In this document: positions 56,551 through 64,000 of the stretch, in pieces
Position numbering within the stretch: position 1 is the first letter of the stretch
How the letters are laid out: every line of letters begins with the position of its first letter
Origin: a virus
IMG/VR virus record: IMGVR_UViG_3300042887_004758
Span: 1 to 64,000 of that record
Strand: one strand, 5' to 3'
Length of the DNA: 64,000 nt
The notes under the pieces: generated by a model
Told to the model about the DNA's origin: nothing
Seen by the model: only the letters and a program-made list of their open reading frames with translations
Database searches by the model: none
Program-made: the position numbers and the translations under genes

Positions 56551-57323
56551 AGGTTCTTTATTAATTTCAATAATTCAGACATTGTTAATCCTTCTTTGTC
56601 TGCCAATTTTTTGATGGATTTTATATTTCTTTGTAAGATTTTTGATGTTTTTGGTTCTTTATCACTAACATCATTATCTTTTGATGATTTTCTAACCAAG
56701 ATATCTTCCACCATCTTAATCGCTTTTTGTCGTTGTTCTTCTTGAATTTCTCTTTCTTTTAGAACACTTCTTGATACGAAATTTGGATCGTCTTTGTATG
56801 GTGATTTTTCGTCCATTTCTGATTTTTTTCCGAATTCTATGGTTCTATCTTCAGCATCGGCAACATCCATACCCAGTTCTTTTTCAAGGTACTTAATTGT
56901 ATCTTCCGCGTCCATAAATTTGGTTTCTTCATAACCAAATGCATCTTCAAAATTTACTTCTTTCAACGAAGGTGAAAAATAAGCTCCGAAAGCTCTGAAA
57001 CCTCTTGATAGTGGATCGTTAGTAATTCTTGCGTTTGGAATGGTTTGATCCATCGTTTTTCTTGGATGAAGTTTTGGGTTAAGTCCAAATGGTATTTTAG
57101 AACTGTTCATAGTTCCATCAAAATCAATTAATTCATCCAATTCTTTTTTGGGTTCCTTTGATTTTGAAACATATTGTTTTTTGGGTTCCTTTGATTTTGA
57201 AACATATTGTTTGTGACTTTTGCATGGCATAAAGACCTCACCGTGTTTGTGAGTTCCTTCACAACCGAGTTCTTCTGCCTTTTTTTCGGCCGTTGTTTCT
57301 AACTTATATCCCTTAAGTTTCAT
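56547..57323 (-). CDS. hypothetical protein with N-terminal GC.G.H....MPC motif (DUF3721-like)
   Basis: AEKKAEELGCEGTHKHGEVFMPC; internal 11-aa duplication. Confidence 0.65.
   Translation of the reverse strand: MKLKGYKLETTAEKKAEELGCEGTHKHGEVFMPCKSHKQYVSKSKEPKKQYVSKSKEPKKELDELIDFDGTMNSSKIPFGLNPKLHPRKTMDQTIPNARITNDPLSRGFRAFGAYFSPSLKEVNFEDAFGYEETKFMDAEDTIKYLEKELGMDVADAEDRTIEFGKKSEMDEKSPYKDDPNFVSRSVLKEREIQEEQRQKAIKMVEDILVRKSSKDNDVSDKEPKTSKILQRNIKSIKKLADKEGLTMSELLKLIKNL
57147..57212. repeat. perfect 33-bp tandem duplication
   Basis: tttgggttcctttgattttgaaacatattgttt x2 (KQYVSKSKEPK x2). Confidence 0.9.
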
Positions 57324-57380
57324 TAAGTTTTTTTATCTATAAATACAAGGTGAGATGTATTTATTTTAAAAAAAGAATCC

Positions 57381-59777
57381 GTGGGAATACAAAATATCCG
57401 AAATCATTCCAACAACTCCATTAAATTGAGATTGGATACTTCTGAGTATTATGATTTTTATCTATCTAAAGATGAAATTGAATATGATCAGGAGACCGTA
57501 TTTTCAACAAATTTGATCGGTTTTGATGACGGAAATGTATTACCTGTTAATATAAGATTGTGGGATCCGGATTGTTCACCTCAACTCGAATTATTTTACG
57601 ATGATTTTGAAACTGATAATAATTTAGTATCGGATAAGTTCTATCCTTTTCCTGATTTAGTTGATGCATCTTGTTACTCGTTGAGTGGAATTTGTGATGT
57701 TGGATTAACAGGAATTGACAATGGACTCACAGACAGAATGAGTGGTGAAACACTCTATTACACAAGAGGATTATTAGATTCAATTAACAAATTTGACAGA
57801 TTAACATACGATAGACATCTTAAATTAATTTCGGTCACATCAAATGTAAGATCACCCAACTCAAGATTTTCAGGTATAACGGCAAACACCCTATATAATA
57901 TAGTTTCAAAACAAGAGGCGGGTATAGGATACTACCAAGAATTATATGGTGGTTTTTATCAAGGTTTTTACAAACTATACGAATATGATTGGCAAATATT
58001 ACCCGAAAGATATGAACTCGGATGGTCTATGGAGACGGTAATAAAGCCAAGAATATATGATGAATTTGAACCCGGCGCAGGTGAGACCACTCTAAACGAA
58101 ATCTATCCAAATAACGCAGGGATTTTCTTCTATATGGGGACAAGAGCGGAAGATAAATTCTATCATTATGCCACAGGTCATCCTGAAAGTTACACAGCTT
58201 ATACACGAGTAACCGAAGAATTAAGTTGTTTGAAAACTTGTTCTTGTACTTTGACGGCATTCACTTCAGATTGTTACAATGTTTACCCAATATCAGGTGA
58301 CACCTATCAAGGAACGGATTGTACCGTTTGTGGAAATGCATGTGAACACAAAGTGGTTGCCATACCACCCAAAGATCCAACGATAGATGTATTATCAAAT
58401 TCATTTGCAATACGATTATCGGGTGACCCAAAAAACCCAAAAATTAATATAAGGACAATTACCATCACGGGAGCATGTCAAACAACTGCGGATTGTGAAA
58501 CACACGAATATTATTTAACAGGATATACAATCAACAACATTTATTCCAATATTGGAATTTACGATTTCTGTTCGGGAAGTACCAACCAAACTGACTTTTT
58601 GAATACTGAAAAATGGTTACAGGTTGATGTCGTATTCAAACGATATACTTTCTACGAGGGATGTGACTTATTCTATGAAGGTGGAATTGGGGAAATGAGT
58701 TCCTTAATTTACCCTGCAACTGAAAGAGGTGACACTTTAAGTTTAATTCAACCACCTTATACTCACGACCAAGAAAAAGAATACCCCGTCCAAAGAGTCG
58801 TTATGAATAGAGATTTCATTGACTCAAAAGATAAAAGACTTGGATCTTTGAAAGTATATCTCAATGGTTATTTATTTATGATCGTAGAAAACTTTGAGGA
58901 AATTATTCCAAGACCTTTGAATACCGAAAAAGAAAAACAAATCGGTGTAAGTTATTCAATGTCATGGGGTGGTGGTACTCAAGGATTAAGGGAGAATCTA
59001 ACATTTAATAGTTGTACAGGAACCACTTACCAACAGGATCCTGAGTTATTTCCCGATACAGTTTTGTCAGGTACATCACTTTCACAATTAGAGACCGGTA
59101 TTTTATTAGAAAAGTACTTTGGGGGAACTTTTGATGGTGCAATTTCAGAATTTAGATTCTATGCCGAACCATTGAATGGTGGACAAGTTCAACACAATAA
59201 CAGAATTTTAAGAAATACTTATGATCTCTTTGATTATTTCTGTTTGGATTGTGAAAATTTCGAACCTTTACCAACACCATCACCAACCCCAACACCTACA
59301 GTTACACCAACGGTCACCAAAACTCCAACAAATACGCCAACAGTAACACCAACACTTACACCTTCAATTACCCAAACAATAACACCTACTCAAACAATTA
59401 CTCCCACACCCACAGAAACACCTACACCCACGGCAACAGTAACACCCACAGAAACACCTACACAAACCCCTACACCATCTATTACTCCGAGTATCACACC
59501 AACAATATCTTTAACTCCAAGTCAAACAGTTACACCTGGACTTACTCCAACACAAACACCAAGTGTAACCCCCACTCAAACTCCAACACAGACACCAACA
59601 GTTACGACGACACCAACGGTGACAACTACTCCAACACCAACTCAAACTCCAACTCAGACTCAAACTCCAACCGTATCACCGACAACTACTATAACACCAT
59701 CAATTACGCCTTCTATTTCAGAAACACCTACCGCTTCGGGTATAAGAACTGTCTTTGTTAGATTTAATACGCTGTAA
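57381..59777 (+). CDS. putative virion protein, LamG-like fold with mucin-like Pro/Thr tail
   Basis: LKVYLNG...F.G.ISEFRFY; about 150-aa TP/PT repeat region. Confidence 0.7.
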   Translation: MGIQNIRNHSNNSIKLRLDTSEYYDFYLSKDEIEYDQETVFSTNLIGFDDGNVLPVNIRLWDPDCSPQLELFYDDFETDNNLVSDKFYPFPDLVDASCYSLSGICDVGLTGIDNGLTDRMSGETLYYTRGLLDSINKFDRLTYDRHLKLISVTSNVRSPNSRFSGITANTLYNIVSKQEAGIGYYQELYGGFYQGFYKLYEYDWQILPERYELGWSMETVIKPRIYDEFEPGAGETTLNEIYPNNAGIFFYMGTRAEDKFYHYATGHPESYTAYTRVTEELSCLKTCSCTLTAFTSDCYNVYPISGDTYQGTDCTVCGNACEHKVVAIPPKDPTIDVLSNSFAIRLSGDPKNPKINIRTITITGACQTTADCETHEYYLTGYTINNIYSNIGIYDFCSGSTNQTDFLNTEKWLQVDVVFKRYTFYEGCDLFYEGGIGEMSSLIYPATERGDTLSLIQPPYTHDQEKEYPVQRVVMNRDFIDSKDKRLGSLKVYLNGYLFMIVENFEEIIPRPLNTEKEKQIGVSYSMSWGGGTQGLRENLTFNSCTGTTYQQDPELFPDTVLSGTSLSQLETGILLEKYFGGTFDGAISEFRFYAEPLNGGQVQHNNRILRNTYDLFDYFCLDCENFEPLPTPSPTPTPTVTPTVTKTPTNTPTVTPTLTPSITQTITPTQTITPTPTETPTPTATVTPTETPTQTPTPSITPSITPTISLTPSQTVTPGLTPTQTPSVTPTQTPTQTPTVTTTPTVTTTPTPTQTPTQTQTPTVSPTTTITPSITPSISETPTASGIRTVFVRFNTL

Positions 59778-59779
59778 AA

Positions 59780-61000
59780 ATGGAAACGAACAATTTACTC
59801 CAATCAATTGAAAATTTAAAGATAGAATATAACAATGATTCAATTTGTTTGGGAAAAAAAATCAAAAATGGTGTGGTTACTGATGAATTATCTATAGTTT
59901 TTTTTGTTGACGAAAAAAAACCAATAGAAAATTTAACTCAAAGTGATCTAATACCATCGAGAATAAATGTTGGTGGGACTATTTTGAAGACCGATGTTGT
60001 TGAAAGTACAACACTGAACGTTCATCCTTGTCCAACAGAATTTAATTCAACCTGTATCTTTAATCCAGTACCAAATAGATCTTATATAAGACCAATAAAG
60101 GGTGGTATTTCAATAAGAAAAACAACTGATGGTATTGGAACTCTTGGTTTTTTGGCTAAACATACTGAAACAGGTGCATTGGTTGGTGTTACTAATTTAC
60201 ACGTTGCACTAAAAGTACATTTTAATGCAAATGACCTTTGTAAAGAACCACCTTGTACGTTTGATTATAACTCCCTAATTGAACAAATTTATCAACCAGG
60301 TGAAAGTTCATCTTACGAAACAGATTTTTATAACTTAGGCCGTGTTATGTATTGTACTTTACTTTATAATACTGGTTCGGCTGAAATTGATTGTTGTTTA
60401 GTGGCTTTAAAAGAAAGTGTATTGTCAAATAGTGAATCTTTCAAACAATATGGATTGAGTTTTACAACACCCCCTGTATTTGCAACAACCGCTGAGCTTG
60501 ATTCTATTTTAACAAATAATATTCCTTTAGCCGCGTCCGGTAGATCATCAGGACCGAAAGAAGGTTCATTGTGTGGACTAAAAGCATTATATGTAAATTA
60601 TTCATCTATGGTTAATGGATATAGAAAAAACAACGACGGATACGTTTGGGGTAAGAGATTTGCAAATCAAATTGCCTATACTAGAGTAGATCAAGATTGT
60701 CCTGACCCATCAATACCCGGTGATTCGGGTTCCGCGGTTTTTGGAAATTTCGGAGGAACTTGGAAAGTTGTTGGTCTGAACTTTGCCGGTGGAACTATGA
60801 GTTCAGGCATTGATATAGGAATATTCAATAGAATCGATAGGGTTGCGGCCTTAATGGGAATTGAAGCGTGGGATGGATCTCAATTGAATTTTATAGATCT
60901 TAATAATGTCAGTACTTACCAAGTTCAAGGTTTCAACTCCAACAACACAATAACTGTTGATGGTTCTACTTATTGTCAATCTGGATTAGTTAATAGTTAA
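59780..61000 (+). CDS. trypsin-like serine protease
   Basis: GTLG, TNLHV (His), ID (Asp), PGDSGS (Ser), VGL.FAG. Confidence 0.85.
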   Translation: METNNLLQSIENLKIEYNNDSICLGKKIKNGVVTDELSIVFFVDEKKPIENLTQSDLIPSRINVGGTILKTDVVESTTLNVHPCPTEFNSTCIFNPVPNRSYIRPIKGGISIRKTTDGIGTLGFLAKHTETGALVGVTNLHVALKVHFNANDLCKEPPCTFDYNSLIEQIYQPGESSSYETDFYNLGRVMYCTLLYNTGSAEIDCCLVALKESVLSNSESFKQYGLSFTTPPVFATTAELDSILTNNIPLAASGRSSGPKEGSLCGLKALYVNYSSMVNGYRKNNDGYVWGKRFANQIAYTRVDQDCPDPSIPGDSGSAVFGNFGGTWKVVGLNFAGGTMSSGIDIGIFNRIDRVAALMGIEAWDGSQLNFIDLNNVSTYQVQGFNSNNTITVDGSTYCQSGLVNS

Positions 61001-61062
61001 TATTTACCTCTTCAAAACTTAATTTATGATTTGAATAAAATAAATTTTCAAACATAATTAAA

Positions 61063-62307
61063 GTGACTATATTTGTCCAAATAGCATCATACAGAGATCC
61101 CGAATTAGAAAACACAGTTAGGGATATGATTTCAAACGCCGATCGACCCGAAAAATTAAGGTTTGGTATTGCAAGACAATATAAAGAAGAGGACGGTTTT
61201 GATAAATTAGAAGAATTTAGAAATGATGATAGATTCAGAATTTTAGATATACCTTACGAAGAATCAAACGGAGCTTGTTGGGCGAGACACCTTATCCAAC
61301 AACTTTATAGGAATGAAACCTATACCCTCCAAATCGATTCACATATGAGATTCGAAAAGGGTTGGGACACCACTTTGATCGATATGATTGACCAACTACA
61401 AGAAGATGGACATGAGAAACCACTTCTAACAGGATATGTAAGTTCATTTGATCCTGATAATGACCCCGCAGGAAGAGCAAGAGATCCTTGGAGAATGGCA
61501 TTCGATAGATTTATCCCCGAGGGTGCAGTTTTCTTCCTACCTGAAACAATACCTGGTTGGACTGAACTAACCAAACCAGTTCCCGCTAGATTTTATTCCG
61601 CACACTTTTGCTTCACACTCGGAAAATTTTCAAAAGAAGTTCAACACGACCCTGAATATTATTTCCACGGAGAGGAAATCAGCATCGCAGCAAGAGCATA
61701 CACTCACGGATATGATTTGTTTCACCCTCACAAGGTAGTTGTTTATCACGAATACACAAGAAAAGGACGAACCAAACAGTGGGATGACGATAAGAAGTGG
61801 GTTGAAAAGAACAATCATTCTCATAAGAGAAACAGACAACTTTTTGGTATGGATGGTGAAGAAATGGTTGACTTAGGTCAATTTGGATTTGGTCCCGTCA
61901 GAACTTTAAGAGATTATGAAAAATATTCAGGTCTCCTCTTTAGTAAAAGAGCGGTTCAAAAATACACTTTGGATAAGGAATATCCACCAAATCCAAATAA
62001 TTACGAAACGGAGGAAGACTGGATCAACTCATTCACAAAACAATTCAAACATTGTATCGATGTTGCCTATGATCAGGTTCCCGAAAGAGATTATGATTTT
62101 TGGGTGGTTGCATTCCATGATCACAAGGATGAAACAATATACCGTAAGGATGCGGATAAACACGAAATTCAAGGGTTTTTTAGAGATCCTGACGGGTATT
62201 GTAAAGTTTGGAGAACTTTCAATGCTGAAGAAAAACCTGCATATTGGGTTGTTTGGCCACACTCTGAATCTAAAGGGTGGGGTGAAAGAATGACAGGAAA
62301 TTTATAA
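61063..62307 (+). CDS. GT60-like GlcNAc transferase
   Basis: IFVQIASYRD, G.CWAR, QIDSHMRF..GWD, F.GEE, T.GYD. Confidence 0.85.
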   Translation: MTIFVQIASYRDPELENTVRDMISNADRPEKLRFGIARQYKEEDGFDKLEEFRNDDRFRILDIPYEESNGACWARHLIQQLYRNETYTLQIDSHMRFEKGWDTTLIDMIDQLQEDGHEKPLLTGYVSSFDPDNDPAGRARDPWRMAFDRFIPEGAVFFLPETIPGWTELTKPVPARFYSAHFCFTLGKFSKEVQHDPEYYFHGEEISIAARAYTHGYDLFHPHKVVVYHEYTRKGRTKQWDDDKKWVEKNNHSHKRNRQLFGMDGEEMVDLGQFGFGPVRTLRDYEKYSGLLFSKRAVQKYTLDKEYPPNPNNYETEEDWINSFTKQFKHCIDVAYDQVPERDYDFWVVAFHDHKDETIYRKDADKHEIQGFFRDPDGYCKVWRTFNAEEKPAYWVVWPHSESKGWGERMTGNL

Positions 62308-62311
62308 AAAA

Positions 62312-62872
62312 ATGAAAGATTTATTTCTCAATTTAAAAAATGAAGACTTGGATGAGTTGAAAATGGAATCTTATTCTTTAATCAATAATGAAGAATATCA
62401 AAATTATTTTTTACAAAAATCATCTCAGGAACACTATCGACTACTAACTTTTTTATCCAATTATTTTGATGGTGTATCATTTGTTGATGTCGGTACTTTA
62501 TTAGGTTGTTCAGCATTGGCTTTGGCCGCAAACAAAACAAATAAAGTTTACTCATTTAATTTGACAGATCAATTACAATTGAAAGAAAAACCGCAAAATG
62601 TTGAGTTTATAGTCGATGACGTAATGAGTGATAAATACAAAGAAATCATATTAGATTCCAAAATAATTCTGTTAGATACTTTCCATACAGGAGATTTTGA
62701 ACTTATTTTTTTGAACTATTTGAAAAAAATTAATTATAATGGAATATTGATATTAGACGACATACGTTTGAATAATGAAATGTCTCAGTTTTGGGAGACA
62801 ATAAATGAAGATAAAATGGAAATCACCAACTTGGGTCATGTATCAGGGACTGGTGTTGTTTTTTTTGATTAA
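62312..62872 (+). CDS. SAM-dependent methyltransferase
   Basis: DVGT..G.SA, D..H, ILDDI. Confidence 0.75.
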   Translation: MKDLFLNLKNEDLDELKMESYSLINNEEYQNYFLQKSSQEHYRLLTFLSNYFDGVSFVDVGTLLGCSALALAANKTNKVYSFNLTDQLQLKEKPQNVEFIVDDVMSDKYKEIILDSKIILLDTFHTGDFELIFLNYLKKINYNGILILDDIRLNNEMSQFWETINEDKMEITNLGHVSGTGVVFFD

Positions 62873-62874
62873 AG

Positions 62875-63507
62875 ATGATAAAAAGTTGGACATATAACAC
62901 CACCGGTGGTAAAAGGGAAGACATAAAAAAATATATATCCGACAACAATTTGAAAACAGTTGATGTTGGTGCATCTTACATGTTTTGGTCTTATCCTGAG
63001 TGTAAATTTGTTGCCGATTCGATTGTTGTCAATAAGGATGATGTTACTTTTTTTAATTTGAATTTGGAAGATAAAACCACATGGGGTGAGATATTATCAT
63101 ATGTCGAAACCTATGGAAAATTTGATTTCTCTATTTGCTCACACACAATTGAAGATGTATTTAATCCTTTGGAATTAACAGACTTGTTGACTAAAATATC
63201 ACTTGAGGGGTTTATTGCGTCACCATCAAAATATGATGAATTTTCGTTTTTATACCAAAATAAATATCGTGGTAATGCCCATCATAAACAATTTTTAGAA
63301 ATTATTAACAATGAAGTTGTTATTTTTCCAAAATTTTCTTGGATTGAAAATGATGTTAGAAGTGATGAAATCTTGATGAAAAATAAAGGTAAGGAAATTT
63401 CTTTTTTTTGGGAAAAGGAAATACCTATAAAAGTATTCGGAAATGGTATACCGTTTCAATCAGATAGTAACTTAATTAATGAATATTATAGACAATTGGA
63501 TAATTAA
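62875..63507 (+). CDS. methyltransferase-like protein
   Basis: VDVGA, FDFSICSHTIED. Confidence 0.7.
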   Translation: MIKSWTYNTTGGKREDIKKYISDNNLKTVDVGASYMFWSYPECKFVADSIVVNKDDVTFFNLNLEDKTTWGEILSYVETYGKFDFSICSHTIEDVFNPLELTDLLTKISLEGFIASPSKYDEFSFLYQNKYRGNAHHKQFLEIINNEVVIFPKFSWIENDVRSDEILMKNKGKEISFFWEKEIPIKVFGNGIPFQSDSNLINEYYRQLDN

Positions 63508-63508
63508 T

Positions 63509-64000
63509 ATGGAAAATGAAAAAATTTGCCTGATTACAGTATTATTTGACTATCCTGATTATTACGAACCATCTTTTTATAAAAACGCGTTGAAATATTT
63601 TTCATCTGAGGATATTCACATAGTCAGAAATTCTGGTTTGGTTAAGAATGGATCTTACTATGACAAACTGTATTACTATAAAATAGTAAATCTTTTAGAA
63701 TACATTAAATCTCAAATTCTTGGGAAGTATAAATATATACTATTTTTAGATGCCACGGACACAAATTTTATCGGTTCACCAAAAAATATAGTTGAAGATT
63801 TTCATTCATTGAATTGTAGTATAGTTATGGGAGCTGAGAAGGGTTTGTGGCCACCGACTAACTATACTCACTTATATGAAAAAAAAAGGTCTATAAACAA
63901 TTCCAAATATCTTAACTCAGGTACATATTTCGGATACACTGAAAAAATAATCTATCATTTAGAGGATATTATTACTAAAGAATATCAAACGGGTATTGAT
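63509..64000 (+). CDS. PLOD-type glycosyltransferase domain protein (truncated by window end)
   Basis: Own translation: LFLDATDT, GAEKGLWP, YLNSGTYFG. Confidence 0.7.
   Translation, partial: MENEKICLITVLFDYPDYYEPSFYKNALKYFSSEDIHIVRNSGLVKNGSYYDKLYYYKIVNLLEYIKSQILGKYKYILFLDATDTNFIGSPKNIVEDFHSLNCSIVMGAEKGLWPPTNYTHLYEKKRSINNSKYLNSGTYFGYTEKIIYHLEDIITKEYQTGID

Noticed and set aside
59270-59735. CRISPR or DNA repeat array
   Set aside because: Repeats are degenerate Thr/Pro codons inside a CDS with no repeat-spacer structure; the same applies to the QP repeats at 8250-8790
17990-62293. Numerous short antisense or alternate-frame ORFs within clpC, portal, scaffold, capsid, TBDR and GT genes
   Set aside because: Shadow ORFs of strongly biased coding sequence, with no motifs or start signals
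1-64000. Stop-codon reassignment
   Set aside because: Long genes are intact under code 11, with TAA, TAG and TGA all used as stops; no suppressor tRNA found

Overview
A 64-kb segment of an AT-rich, T4-like (myovirus) jumbo phage genome that very likely infects a Bacteroidota host. The host call rests on TAnnTTTG promoters, a GE-starting tmRNA tag, a T9SS cargo protein with a TonB-dependent receptor, and phage bS21. 0.7-7.5 kb is a minus-strand tRNA island: 14 canonical tRNAs, one decayed tRNA, three tRNA-like RNAs and two other structured RNAs, interleaved with TilS, HAD, metallophosphoesterase and HNH genes. 7.7-16.6 kb holds putative virion-packaged cell-wall enzymes facing secreted or lipoprotein genes. 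16.6-22 kb holds tmRNA, a peptidase, a ClpC-like ATPase, a UVR protein and a nucleotidyltransferase. 22-37 kb is the head module (terminase, portal, bS21, prohead protease, scaffold, major capsid). 37.8-42.2 kb is a TonB receptor plus a T9SS protein behind a Pho-box-like repeat. 42-64 kb carries baseplate-like genes, a gp55-like late sigma, glycosyltransferases, PhoH, dUTPase, a mucin-like Pro/Thr protein and a glycosylation cluster. The best novel candidate is an unannotated 27-codon leader peptide (7592-7675, minus) with full 1:2 / 2:3 / 3:4 attenuator architecture directly upstream of a tRNA operon. Its consecutive codons G-C-D-W-Q-Q-E match exactly the six canonical tRNAs downstream (Gly, Trp, Cys, Gln, Glu, Asp), suggesting a ribosome-stalling sensor that switches on phage tRNA supply. 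All calls are by-eye motif recognition; no searches were run.
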